The notes: generated by a model from the sequence alone, not told the origin. Positions 18,927 through 28,964 are shown, counted from the stretch's first letter. The stretch is 64,000 nt of DNA from Candidatus Omnitrophota bacterium (GCA_021108075.1 JAIORP010000135.1:87938-151937); one strand, 5' to 3'. Numbers and translations: made by a program.

Positions 18927-20081
18927 ATGAAAAAAATCGCCATGATACCTGTTCGACTGAACAGTCAACGGGTTCCAAATAAAAATTTAAGGCTGCTCAA
19001 TGGCAAACCGATGGTCGCCTATATCATCGAAACGGCATTGGCAACAAATACTTTTGATGAGGTTTACCTGAATTCCGAAGCGGAAATATTTAAGGAAATA
19101 GCCGACCAATATGGCATTAAATTTTACCACCGTCCGGCAGAACTGGCCTCAGACCGGTCAACGAGTGAGGACTTTGTCTATGACTTCATCAAAAATGTTG
19201 AAGGGGATGTGCTCTACCAGCTGCTGGCGACATCACCATTAATCACTCCCATGGAAATCACACATTTTGTGCATGATATGTCCCTGAATGCATTAGACAC
19301 GCTGGTTTCAATCGTGAATCATCGCATCGCGAGCCTCTACAAAAAGCAACCGGTTAATTACGGATTAACAGAAAAATTGAAGAGCTCTCAGACGATGGTC
19401 CCTGTCCAAACATACGCGACGGTTCTTATGGCCTGGCGATATGAAAACTTCAAGGCCAATATGGAAACGCATGGATGCGCTTATTATGGTGGTGACGGTC
19501 GGATTGGATATTATGAATTGAAGGGATTATCCGCCATTGACGTGGACCAGGAAGAAGATTTTATTTTAGCTGAAATCGCGATGCAATATCGAAATGAATC
19601 CCGTCAGGATCAACCGCGGTATTACACATCCAAAAAACAAAAAAACGAACATAGTGAAGTGGATGTTCCGGAAATCCTACGCAAAGACGGCGTCAGCCTT
19701 CGCGATTTTGAACACGAAAATCAACCCTTATTTCACGTGCAGCAGATCATTGATAAGATGGGAACCAACCAATCCTGGTCATACCGGGTGGTTAACACGG
19801 AAAGTAACAGCGCAACCTTAATATCACAAATGCCCGGAGGAGGGAATCGACGGCATTATCATCCAGACTGGAATGAATGGTGGTACATCATCAAAGGTCA
19901 ATGGAAATGGGAAATTGAAGGCAAAAAAATCATTGTCAAAAAAGGTGATATCGTTTTTATCGAAAAGAATAAATGGCACCAAATTACGGCGATGGGAGAA
20001 GAATCTGCTATCCGTCTGGCTGTCAGCCGTGGTGATGTGCCGCACATTTACACAGAGGACATTGAAAACCCATGCCAATAA
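18927..20081 (+). CDS. Acylneuraminate/Kdo-type cytidylyltransferase-family domain (CTP_transf_3) fused to a C-terminal cupin domain
   Basis: N-terminal MKKIAMIPVRLNSQRVPNKNL...GKP (CMP-sugar synthetase family). C-terminal HYHPDWNEWWYIIKG...KWHQI cupin-like motifs. Confidence 0.7.
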   Translation: MKKIAMIPVRLNSQRVPNKNLRLLNGKPMVAYIIETALATNTFDEVYLNSEAEIFKEIADQYGIKFYHRPAELASDRSTSEDFVYDFIKNVEGDVLYQLLATSPLITPMEITHFVHDMSLNALDTLVSIVNHRIASLYKKQPVNYGLTEKLKSSQTMVPVQTYATVLMAWRYENFKANMETHGCAYYGGDGRIGYYELKGLSAIDVDQEEDFILAEIAMQYRNESRQDQPRYYTSKKQKNEHSEVDVPEILRKDGVSLRDFEHENQPLFHVQQIIDKMGTNQSWSYRVVNTESNSATLISQMPGGGNRRHYHPDWNEWWYIIKGQWKWEIEGKKIIVKKGDIVFIEKNKWHQITAMGEESAIRLAVSRGDVPHIYTEDIENPCQ

Positions 20082-20848
20082 AAAATAATCAAGAAATCAC
20101 ACAATTATTTCAACCGTTATTACAAGAAGCCCGAGAACTGATACAGAAAAAACCTCTTAAAATTTATGAATCACAACAAAAAGATATTTCCATAAACTTG
20201 GATCTGATGCTGCATGACCTGATAAAAAATTTCTTATCCCAACACTTTTCCTTTGATGTCCTATCCGAAGAAGATAAGGACCAGTGCGACTTTCTGAAGC
20301 AAACACAACCCGTCTGGATCATTGATCCGCTGGATGGATCTTTCAATGTCAGCCGTCAGATCCCGATGTCTTGCCTATCGTTGGGGTTGTGGTATGATGA
20401 TACGCCCCGGTGGGGGCTTATTTACGATTTCAATCGGGATGAATTGTTTATCGGCTCACTGCCGGAGAATGAAATTTGTGCCCGGTCCGGTGCCTGGTGC
20501 AATCAGCAACCGATACAGCCGGCGCGTACCCCGGTCGCTGAAGGCGTTTTATCCACGGGCTACCCTTCATGGCGGGATTTCTCCGATGACGCCTTAAAAC
20601 GCTCCATTCAGCAGGTTCAATCCTGGAAGAAAATTCGCATGATTGGTTCAGCCGCGCTTTCCCTGGCCTGGGTTGGATGTGGACGGGTCGATGCGTATAT
20701 GGAAGAGGATATCCGGATTTGGGATGTCGCAGCAGGGTTGGCCATCGTGCAGGCGGCCGGGGGCCAGTTTGTCATGCAAAAAAACCAAAAAACAAATTTT
20801 GTCACGGTAAAAGCCGCCAATGGAACGATACCCGTAAATGAAATTTAA
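20072..20848 (+). CDS. Inositol-monophosphatase-family sugar phosphatase (IMPase/CysQ-like)
   Basis: WIIDPLDGSFN and WDVAAGLAIVQAAGG motifs. Confidence 0.75.
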   Translation: MPIKNNQEITQLFQPLLQEARELIQKKPLKIYESQQKDISINLDLMLHDLIKNFLSQHFSFDVLSEEDKDQCDFLKQTQPVWIIDPLDGSFNVSRQIPMSCLSLGLWYDDTPRWGLIYDFNRDELFIGSLPENEICARSGAWCNQQPIQPARTPVAEGVLSTGYPSWRDFSDDALKRSIQQVQSWKKIRMIGSAALSLAWVGCGRVDAYMEEDIRIWDVAAGLAIVQAAGGQFVMQKNQKTNFVTVKAANGTIPVNEI

Positions 20849-20880
20849 TCCCCGGCGATTTTAAAGGAGACAATGAATAT

Positions 20881-21870
20881 ATGATTAAAGTCGGAATCAT
20901 TGGTTTCGGAAAAATGGGAAAAATAAGGGCGCATGCGATAAAAGCGAACGCTCTCGGACAGATTGTGTCAATTTTTGAAGTTGATAAAAATCTCATTTCT
21001 GATGAATATCCTTTTGTTGAAAGCGTAGACGACATATTCAATAATGAGGACATCAATACCCTTTTCATTTGCACACCCAATTATTTAAACAAAGATCTCA
21101 CGATAAGAAGCCTTCAGGCCGGCAAACATGTCTTTTGTGAAAAACCGCCGGCATTTAATGAGCAAGATATGCAGGCCGTCATTGCCGTTGAAAAAAAAAC
21201 GGACACGAAGTTGATGTACGGGTTTAATCATCGGCACCATACCAGCATCAAGCACATTAAACACCTGATTGATTCAGGAGAATACGGGAACATCTTATGG
21301 ATGCGCGGACGTTATGGTAAAAGCACGGACACGTCTTTTTTTGATACCTGGCGGGCCAAAAAAAAACTTGCGGGCGGGGGCATTTTATTAGATCAGGGCA
21401 TTCACATGTTAGATCTTTTCCTGTGTTTTGCCAAGGACTTTCATGAGACACATTCTTTTGTGTCCAATTTATATTGGAAGTTGGAGATCGAAGACAATGT
21501 CTTTGCCATCCTCAGAAACAATAACAATGGCATTGTTGCCTCATTGCATTCAACGATGACACAATGGCGCCATCTTTTTTCTCTGGAAATCTTCCTGGAA
21601 AAAGGATATTTTGTTTTAAATGGACTAAAAACTTCAAGTGGTACTTACGGCGATGAAATATTAACGATAGCTAAGAATCGCTCGACCGCTCCGGCGGCAA
21701 CATGGGAAGATGAAGAAAAAATCGTCTATCAAACCGACCGGTCCTGGCGCTCAGAAATCGATTATTTCTTTGATGCCATCTTAAAAGACACGCCCATTGA
21801 AGTCGGCAATTCTTTAGACGCCCTTAAATTGATGGCGATCACAGATAAGCTATACCAGGAAAGGACCTAA
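20881..21870 (+). CDS. Gfo/Idh/MocA-family NAD(P)-dependent oxidoreductase
   Basis: N-terminal IKVGIIGFGKMGK Rossmann region, EKP motif, typical length. Confidence 0.75.
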   Translation: MIKVGIIGFGKMGKIRAHAIKANALGQIVSIFEVDKNLISDEYPFVESVDDIFNNEDINTLFICTPNYLNKDLTIRSLQAGKHVFCEKPPAFNEQDMQAVIAVEKKTDTKLMYGFNHRHHTSIKHIKHLIDSGEYGNILWMRGRYGKSTDTSFFDTWRAKKKLAGGGILLDQGIHMLDLFLCFAKDFHETHSFVSNLYWKLEIEDNVFAILRNNNNGIVASLHSTMTQWRHLFSLEIFLEKGYFVLNGLKTSSGTYGDEILTIAKNRSTAPAATWEDEEKIVYQTDRSWRSEIDYFFDAILKDTPIEVGNSLDALKLMAITDKLYQERT

Positions 21871-21871
21871 G

Positions 21872-22435
21872 ATGGAGGATAAACAATTCATTGAGACCTA
21901 TTTTCAAACGTTTCAACAATGTATTCAGCCCGGCGGGATCGAAGAAGACATGCTGAAAATGCGGGATATCATGCTTGCGGCTAACCGCGCGAGAAAAAAA
22001 ATTATCTTCGCCGGCAACGGAGCAAGCGCGACAATTGCCAGTCATTGCGCCTTAGATTACACAAAACAAGCGGGTATCCGTTCAACATGTTTTAACGAAG
22101 CCGCATTATTAACGGCTTTTGGAAACGATTTTGGTTATGAAATGTGGCTGCAAAAAGCCCTGGAATTTTATGCCGATAAAGAAGATTTGATCGTCTTAAT
22201 CAGTTCTAGTGGCAAATCGCCGAATATCATCAACGCCGCACAATATGCTAAAGACAAAAAATTTACAATCGTAACATTGACAGGTTTTGATCCCAATAAT
22301 CCTTTAAAAAAAATGGGTGATATCAACTTCTGGGTAGAAAGCAAGTCCTATAATATGATTGAATGCACACATATGTTCTGGCTTGTTCTTGTTTGTGACC
22401 TTATTATCGGCAAATCAGAGTACAAAACATCGTAA
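21872..22435 (+). CDS. SIS-domain sugar-phosphate isomerase (GmhA-like sedoheptulose-7-phosphate isomerase type)
   Basis: 187 aa, single SIS domain, GNGASATIASHCALD and ISSSGKSPNII motifs. Confidence 0.7.
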   Translation: MEDKQFIETYFQTFQQCIQPGGIEEDMLKMRDIMLAANRARKKIIFAGNGASATIASHCALDYTKQAGIRSTCFNEAALLTAFGNDFGYEMWLQKALEFYADKEDLIVLISSSGKSPNIINAAQYAKDKKFTIVTLTGFDPNNPLKKMGDINFWVESKSYNMIECTHMFWLVLVCDLIIGKSEYKTS

Positions 22436-22515
22436 CCCCCGATGAACATCCGGCCTGCGGCAGACACAGAGACCAGAATTGAAACTCGGCCGTCGATGCG
22501 ATTTTTGGATTAATT

Positions 22516-23976
22516 ATGTTAGACCTCCTTATTATAAAACCAGGCGCACAGCGCTTTCTATACCAAAAACTTAGCTCGTCTATTAGCGCGATCGAACCGC
22601 CACTGTGGGGACTATTGCTCGCAAACTTTATCCGTCAAAATGGATTTCAGGTTCAAATCAAAGATGCTGAAATTGACACGATTCAATCGATCCAAGAGAC
22701 GATAACAACCCGTAACCCCAAATTAATCGCCATCGTCGTATCAGGGACCAATCCTTCGGCCTCAACCATGAACATGGTCGGCGCAACGGCCATGATTCGT
22801 CATCTTCGACAATATTTTCCCGGGCTGAAAATCATCCTAATCGGATTACACCCTTCGGCGTTACCAGAACAGACGTTACGGGATGAAAATGTGGATTATG
22901 TCTGCGAGGGAGAAGGGTTTGAGACCACCCTGCTCTGGCTGCAGGGATCAAAATTAGAAGGAATCCCAGGTTTATGGTATAAAGAAGGGCTTCAAATAAA
23001 GCATCAAGAACGGGCGTGCTTAGTTGATCCCAACAGGATGCCCATGCCTGCCTGGGATCTCGTCGACTTAAACCGCTACCGCGCGCATAATTGGCACTGT
23101 TTTGGAAGCCTTGATCAACGCCAGCCATACGCGGTCATATATACGAGCCTCGGTTGTCCGTATCATTGTGACTTCTGCTGTATTCACGCGATATTCGGGC
23201 AGCCCAATATTCGTTACCGGTCCATCAACCTCATCATGGAAGAAGTGGATCTATTGGTCAATGATTATCATGTTAAAAACATAAAAATTCTTGATGAATG
23301 TTTTGTACTTGATCAGCAACATGTGTTAGAATTTTGTGAAGCGATGATCCGCCGCAAGTATTCGGTCAATATGTGGGCTTACGCCCGGATTAACACCATC
23401 AACGAAAAAATTCTTTTAAAAATGAAAGCGGCCGGCTTTCGTTGGATCGGCTATGGGATCGAATCAGGAACACCCGCGGTTTTAAGTGGTGTCCATAAAG
23501 CGCAATACGATAACCAAAAAATTTTTGACGTCGTCAAATTAACAAAAAAATCAGGGCTAAATGTCGGGGGGAATTTTATCTTTGGACTCCCGAATGACAA
23601 TATCGCGGGGATGCGGCGCACATTAGCCTTAGCCGTTCAACTCAATTGTGAATACGCGAACTTTTATACGGCGATGGCTTATCCGGGGTCAAAACTCTAT
23701 GATAAAGTCAGACATAAAGCCGGGCTATTACCCCGGACATGGGAAGGATATTCACAATTTGGAACAGAATGTTTTCCATTGCGCAATGATTTCTTAACAC
23801 AAACGGACATACTGGCTTTCCGCGATCAAGCTTTTATCGACTATTTTTCCCGGGCTGAATACCTTGATATGATTGAGCGAAAATTTGGAAGTCAGACAAT
23901 GCTTCATATCAATAAGATGACACAATACAAATTAAAGAGGACACTGCTAGAAGTCGACCAACAACAGCTGGCTTAA
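22516..23976 (+). CDS. B12-binding domain radical SAM protein (class B radical SAM, methyltransferase-like)
   Basis: N-terminal cobalamin-binding-like Rossmann region. CPYHCDFC (CxxxCxxC) radical SAM cluster motif. Confidence 0.8.
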   Translation: MLDLLIIKPGAQRFLYQKLSSSISAIEPPLWGLLLANFIRQNGFQVQIKDAEIDTIQSIQETITTRNPKLIAIVVSGTNPSASTMNMVGATAMIRHLRQYFPGLKIILIGLHPSALPEQTLRDENVDYVCEGEGFETTLLWLQGSKLEGIPGLWYKEGLQIKHQERACLVDPNRMPMPAWDLVDLNRYRAHNWHCFGSLDQRQPYAVIYTSLGCPYHCDFCCIHAIFGQPNIRYRSINLIMEEVDLLVNDYHVKNIKILDECFVLDQQHVLEFCEAMIRRKYSVNMWAYARINTINEKILLKMKAAGFRWIGYGIESGTPAVLSGVHKAQYDNQKIFDVVKLTKKSGLNVGGNFIFGLPNDNIAGMRRTLALAVQLNCEYANFYTAMAYPGSKLYDKVRHKAGLLPRTWEGYSQFGTECFPLRNDFLTQTDILAFRDQAFIDYFSRAEYLDMIERKFGSQTMLHINKMTQYKLKRTLLEVDQQQLA

Positions 23977-23986
23977 AGGAGAAATT

Positions 23987-24982
23987 ATGATCATCAGTCG
24001 TACACCGTTTAGAATTTCATTTTTTGGTGGAGGAACAGATTACCCCGCATGGTATGAAAAAAACGGAGGAGCGGTCTTATCAACGACTATCGATAAATAT
24101 TGTTATTTAACCTGCCGCTCTCTGCCCCCTTTCTTTGACCATCGCTACCGCATTGTTTATTCAAAGATTGAATTAGTCAAAGACGTCCACAAAATTCAAC
24201 ACCCGGTTGTCCGCGTATGCCTGGAAAACATGGATGTCCCGCAAGGGATTGAACTGCATCACGATGGGGATTTACCTGCCCGGACAGGCTTAGGTTCAAG
24301 CTCTGCTTTTACGGTTGGGCTGCTACACTCCCTCTACGCGCTCAAAGGGATCATGCCGACCAAAAAACGTCTTGCGGATGAAGCCATACATTTTGAAAGG
24401 GAAGTATTGAGTGAAGCTGTCGGCTCACAGGACCAGGTCGCTGTCGCTCATGGCGGGTTTAATAAAATTTCTTTCAGTCAAACCGGGGACTATCAAATAG
24501 ATCCCGTGATCTTAGACCGTGACCGCCTGGATAATTTGCAAAATCATATCATGCTTTACTTCACGGGTTTTTCCAGAATCGCCTCCAAGGTCGCACGGAA
24601 GCAAATTGAAAACACCCCTAAAAAGCAAAAAGAACTGGCCACCATGCAATCTATGGTCGACACGGCCATTGACATCTTATGCAATCGCAGGGACCTCACT
24701 GAATTCGGCCGGTTGCTGCATGAAACATGGATGCTGAAAAGATCGCTGACAGATAAAGTGTCAACAAACGATATCGATCAAATATATGCTGACGCCCGTT
24801 CTTCCGGCGCTATCGGAGGTAAACTCATTGGAGCTGGCGGGGGCGGATTCATGATTCTCTTTGTTCCGCCAAAGCTCCAGAATAAAGTTCGCGTGAAGTT
24901 AAACAATTTGTTGGAAGTAAAATTCAATTTTGAAACTTCTGGCACGCAAATTATTTTTCATAAAGAAGATCCTATCATATAA
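23987..24982 (+). CDS. GHMP-family sugar kinase (D-glycero-D-manno-heptose-7-phosphate kinase HddA-like)
   Basis: GHMP motif LPARTGLGSSSAFTVG. C-terminal GAGGGGF motif. Confidence 0.75.
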   Translation: MIISRTPFRISFFGGGTDYPAWYEKNGGAVLSTTIDKYCYLTCRSLPPFFDHRYRIVYSKIELVKDVHKIQHPVVRVCLENMDVPQGIELHHDGDLPARTGLGSSSAFTVGLLHSLYALKGIMPTKKRLADEAIHFEREVLSEAVGSQDQVAVAHGGFNKISFSQTGDYQIDPVILDRDRLDNLQNHIMLYFTGFSRIASKVARKQIENTPKKQKELATMQSMVDTAIDILCNRRDLTEFGRLLHETWMLKRSLTDKVSTNDIDQIYADARSSGAIGGKLIGAGGGGFMILFVPPKLQNKVRVKLNNLLEVKFNFETSGTQIIFHKEDPII

Positions 24983-24987
24983 CAAAC

Positions 24988-25923
24988 ATGTTGCAATTTG
25001 ATCAAACTGATTATTTGCCAAAATCGTCCCAACGAATTGAGCGGTTATACCGGATCGTCAACAATAGACCGGCCGCAATATTATGTCCGGGTCCGTCCAT
25101 CAACACGCTGGAGCAACGCATCCATGACCTGAAAAAAGAAAATATTTGTTGGGTTTCACTGAATCATTACACGGTCATTGAAAAAAATATTCTCAATCAA
25201 ATCAATAAGAACCTGTCGGTCTTATTTTGCAGCGCCCGGGAATTCTTACCGACATTATACGGTGATATTCAAAATTTCTTAAACCGTGATGATCAGAATA
25301 TCTTTATCTCTTCTTTTTGGCGTGAAGCATATGGACTCATGGATTCCTCATTCCAGCTCAAAGAGTTTATTAAAGAGTACGATGAGAAAATGTTATTTTT
25401 TTCAATCCAACAAAATGACAAAGTGCCCAATGAACACTTCCCGTTACATCTCATGCACAGCAACAGTTTGTTAGGGCTCATCCAGATGATATTACTCGGC
25501 CAACCTCAAGCGGTCTATCTGTTTGGGGCGGATGGGTATTGTCCGGATGATCAACCGCATTATTATCGGGCAGAGGATGACGGGCATAGGGGGGATGTCC
25601 ACAAAACAATCAAGGTCGGAAAACTTGAAGACTTAAAATACGACACGAATAAACTGTTTAACCCGGTTGCCCGCAAAGCGATAAGAAACGTCACGCAAAC
25701 ATTCAAACTACAAGAAACCAGCATATACAACTGCTCCCCTGAAAGTTATTATCTGCCATTTCCAAAGATTGCCTATGATGATGCCCTAAAACTTTTAACC
25801 CGGAAACAGGTGTTTAATCCAAAGATGGATCTGCGAACCCCGGAAGAAAAAAAACTCGTTCAATCCTATCAGCGAAGCGGATTTGTCAGCAAATTAAAAT
25901 CACTATTTCTTAGGAACGCATAA
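24988..25923 (+). CDS. Hypothetical protein, possibly a DUF115/MptE-like domain. Function unknown.
   Basis: LCPGPSI and LFGADGY motifs are reminiscent of DUF115. No firm motif. Confidence 0.35.
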   Translation: MLQFDQTDYLPKSSQRIERLYRIVNNRPAAILCPGPSINTLEQRIHDLKKENICWVSLNHYTVIEKNILNQINKNLSVLFCSAREFLPTLYGDIQNFLNRDDQNIFISSFWREAYGLMDSSFQLKEFIKEYDEKMLFFSIQQNDKVPNEHFPLHLMHSNSLLGLIQMILLGQPQAVYLFGADGYCPDDQPHYYRAEDDGHRGDVHKTIKVGKLEDLKYDTNKLFNPVARKAIRNVTQTFKLQETSIYNCSPESYYLPFPKIAYDDALKLLTRKQVFNPKMDLRTPEEKKLVQSYQRSGFVSKLKSLFLRNA

Positions 25924-26876
25924 TGCCTGATAAAAAACCTGAACTATCTATCATTAGTCCATCCTGGAACACCGGCAGATTTGCTGAGACGACCATTCAG
26001 TCCATCCAGCAGCAAACGTTTAAAGGTTGGGAACATATTATCATCGACAATGAGTCGGACGATGGCTCGCTCGATATCTTCAAGAAACACAAACACATTA
26101 AACTTGTCTGTGAAAAAGACCGCTCTCCTGACGAGGGCTTTCGAAAGGGTTTGGCCCTGGCCCAGGGCGACTATATCACTTTCTGCGGTATTTCGGACGG
26201 ATACATCAATCATAAATGGTATGAATTATGCCTGGATATCCTGGAAAGACAACCACAATATTCACTCGTATGGGGTATTGATCAGATTATGCTGGAGGAT
26301 GGCACCTTGAACTGGATCCCTTTTAATCACCTGTTTAAGGACCCGGCTCCAACCGGGCCGGAATTCCTATCCTACTGGCTGGATAATTTTATCATGTTTC
26401 ATGAACGAAACCTTATTGTCCGAAAAAATGTCATGGAAAAATGCTATCCTCATTTTCATCCCAATATGATCGGTAACGAGAGCGCTTATTGCACATTCTT
26501 CCACAATTTTAATGCTAACGGTTATTTGCCCTATTTTCTGCCCATCCTTGCCGCCTATGGACGCCAACATGAGAATGCCGCGAGCTGCCGTCAAAAAAAA
26601 ACAGGGGAGCTGGATAACGCCTTAAAAAAATATTATACCGACTGTGAAAATTTCAAAAGATCGTTATTAAAAGAGCCGCAACCATTTTATTTCAAAGACG
26701 GGGCAGGGAATAATCTTTCTGAAACATTTGATCGAGACCGCTACCTCCGGAATCATAAACAAAAATTCTTAAAAAATCTGGCCATCAATCTTTTGCCCCC
26801 GTTTCTGACGTACGGACTGCGTGCGACCAAACGCGAAATAACGCGTTTACAACTCAAATTGAAAGGGGAACGGTAA
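25923..26876 (+). CDS. Glycosyltransferase family 2
   Basis: LSIISPSWNTGRF...IIIDNESDDGS (GT-A, DxD region). Confidence 0.75.
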   Translation: MPDKKPELSIISPSWNTGRFAETTIQSIQQQTFKGWEHIIIDNESDDGSLDIFKKHKHIKLVCEKDRSPDEGFRKGLALAQGDYITFCGISDGYINHKWYELCLDILERQPQYSLVWGIDQIMLEDGTLNWIPFNHLFKDPAPTGPEFLSYWLDNFIMFHERNLIVRKNVMEKCYPHFHPNMIGNESAYCTFFHNFNANGYLPYFLPILAAYGRQHENAASCRQKKTGELDNALKKYYTDCENFKRSLLKEPQPFYFKDGAGNNLSETFDRDRYLRNHKQKFLKNLAINLLPPFLTYGLRATKREITRLQLKLKGER

Positions 26877-28964
26877 ATGTTTTTCTCCTTCAAAATCAAA
26901 AGCATTCGAAAAACGGACAGAGTGCTCGAAATTGGGCCGGGAGGGTCAGCCCATCCACGGGCTAATGTCCTGCTCGAAAAAATTTATAACTCAAGTGATG
27001 AAGCCAAAGCACAGAGGGGTTATTTGCCCCCGCTTCAAACCGACAAACAAATTGTGTACTATGCAGGCGGCGCCTTTCCGTTTAAAAATAAAGAATTTGA
27101 TTATGTCATTTGCTCACACGTTCTCGAACATGTCGTCAACCCTGACCATTTCATTAAAGAAATAAACCGTGTCGCCCGTAAAGGATACATCGAATATCCG
27201 CTGATTTATTATGATTTTCTTTATGATATCCCTGAACATATTACTTTTCTAAAATATCAGAAAGGCAAAATATATTGGCAATCGAAAAAAGACATCATTC
27301 AAGAAAACATCAAACCGATCCAGCTTTTCTTTAACAAGAGCCTGGAAGCTGGATATCATGACTTAGTCAATGATCTAAAAGAATATCTGATTGAGGGTTT
27401 TGAATGGTTCGACCACATTGAAATTGTTCAAACCCATCATCTTGAGGATCTCCTGTATAAGGACATCTTGCTGCCGCAGAAACAACAACAAAAATTGATC
27501 TTCGGAATGGATGAAAATATCAGCCCTTATGATTCCCAAAAAACACAATCAACGTATACGGTCAATTTAGAACAAAGGGAAAAATGGCTGGGGCACATCC
27601 TCAAACATTTACCATCAGGGTGGCGCATCCTTGATGCCGGCGCTGGAGAAAGACAATATAAAAAATTCTGTCAGCATCTACACTATGTCGCTCAAGACGC
27701 TTGTAAATATGATGGTCAGGGCAACGAAGAAGGTTGGCAGACGGACCAATGGGAAACAGGAAGAATTGATATTAAGTCAGATATCATCCGTATCCCCGTT
27801 GACAATGAATCGTTTGATGCCGTGATGTGTATCGAAGTATTTGAGCACATCCCGGAACCCATAAAAGCCCTCGAAGAGTTTTACCGTATCTTAAAGGATG
27901 ACGGCATTCTTATTCTGACCGCTCCTTTCTGGAGCCTATCCCATCTGGCGCCTTATCACTTTTACTCTGGGTTTAATCAATATTTTTTTGAATACGCGCT
28001 CCATCAACAGGGCTTTGATATTATTTTGCTTGAAGCAAATGGAAATTATTTTGATGTGATCGGGCAAGAACTACGCCGGGTTGAGGCGGTTGCCGAAGAG
28101 TATGCCCAGCGCAAACTATCTTATTTTGATAAGAAAGCCCTGCGGCGCTTATCACAAACCCTGAAGGAGTTAGCACAAAATGATCAAAAATCACATCAGC
28201 TCACTTGTTTCGGTTTCCATATCCTTGCTCGAAAAAAAACAAATAAGTCCATCCCGGGCAAAAACGATGACAAGACCGAAAAATATTCGGCAGAAGAAAA
28301 ATTTTGGATTGAAGAAATCAACAACTACATCAAGTGGTACCATGGTGAAATAAAAGAATTGTACGAAACGCCTGCGCCAGAAAGTCATCAAAAAGAAAAA
28401 CGCTTCAATGAAAGCCATAATGCTATTTTGACGTGGTTCCGGGGCCACCAACAGGTCAAATACCAAATCGATCTTGATTTGCCTGTTGATGCTTTTAAGG
28501 GAATGAAGGTGCTTGATATTGGGGCAGGCCCCATACCCAGCGCTGAAGTCTTTGAGAATTGTCATCTTTACTGCTTAGACCCATTATCCCTGCAATATTT
28601 TAAAGCCGGGTTCCCTTATCATTATTACCGTCCGACAACAAAATTCATTAACGCTCCGGCAGAACAGATGCCTTTTCCTGATCATTATTTTGATGCCGTT
28701 ATTTCAGCGAATGCCATTGATCACGTCGATGATATTCAAAAAACCGCAGAGGAAATAAAACGCGTACTGAAACCAGCTGGACGGTTGCGAATACACGCCC
28801 ACTATCATAAGAAAAAAGAAACCGAACCCGTTGAATTAAACGATCAAATCATGGAAAAACTTTTCAAATGGTGTTCAAATTTCAAAAAAATTCAATTCTC
28901 AAATTCAAAAACCGGTTGTGTTGCCCCGAAAGGGGAAATGTACGCGCTCTGGTCGAATTTTTAA
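26877..28964 (+). CDS. Multidomain protein with three class I SAM-dependent methyltransferase domains
   Basis: Three glycine-rich motif I regions: VLEIGPGGS (aa about 15), ILDAGAGER (aa about 250), VLDIGAGPIP (aa about 545). Each is followed by acidic motif II/III-like segments (DYVICSHVLEH, FDAVMCIEVFEH, FDAVISANAIDH). Confidence 0.7.
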   Translation: MFFSFKIKSIRKTDRVLEIGPGGSAHPRANVLLEKIYNSSDEAKAQRGYLPPLQTDKQIVYYAGGAFPFKNKEFDYVICSHVLEHVVNPDHFIKEINRVARKGYIEYPLIYYDFLYDIPEHITFLKYQKGKIYWQSKKDIIQENIKPIQLFFNKSLEAGYHDLVNDLKEYLIEGFEWFDHIEIVQTHHLEDLLYKDILLPQKQQQKLIFGMDENISPYDSQKTQSTYTVNLEQREKWLGHILKHLPSGWRILDAGAGERQYKKFCQHLHYVAQDACKYDGQGNEEGWQTDQWETGRIDIKSDIIRIPVDNESFDAVMCIEVFEHIPEPIKALEEFYRILKDDGILILTAPFWSLSHLAPYHFYSGFNQYFFEYALHQQGFDIILLEANGNYFDVIGQELRRVEAVAEEYAQRKLSYFDKKALRRLSQTLKELAQNDQKSHQLTCFGFHILARKKTNKSIPGKNDDKTEKYSAEEKFWIEEINNYIKWYHGEIKELYETPAPESHQKEKRFNESHNAILTWFRGHQQVKYQIDLDLPVDAFKGMKVLDIGAGPIPSAEVFENCHLYCLDPLSLQYFKAGFPYHYYRPTTKFINAPAEQMPFPDHYFDAVISANAIDHVDDIQKTAEEIKRVLKPAGRLRIHAHYHKKKETEPVELNDQIMEKLFKWCSNFKKIQFSNSKTGCVAPKGEMYALWSNF

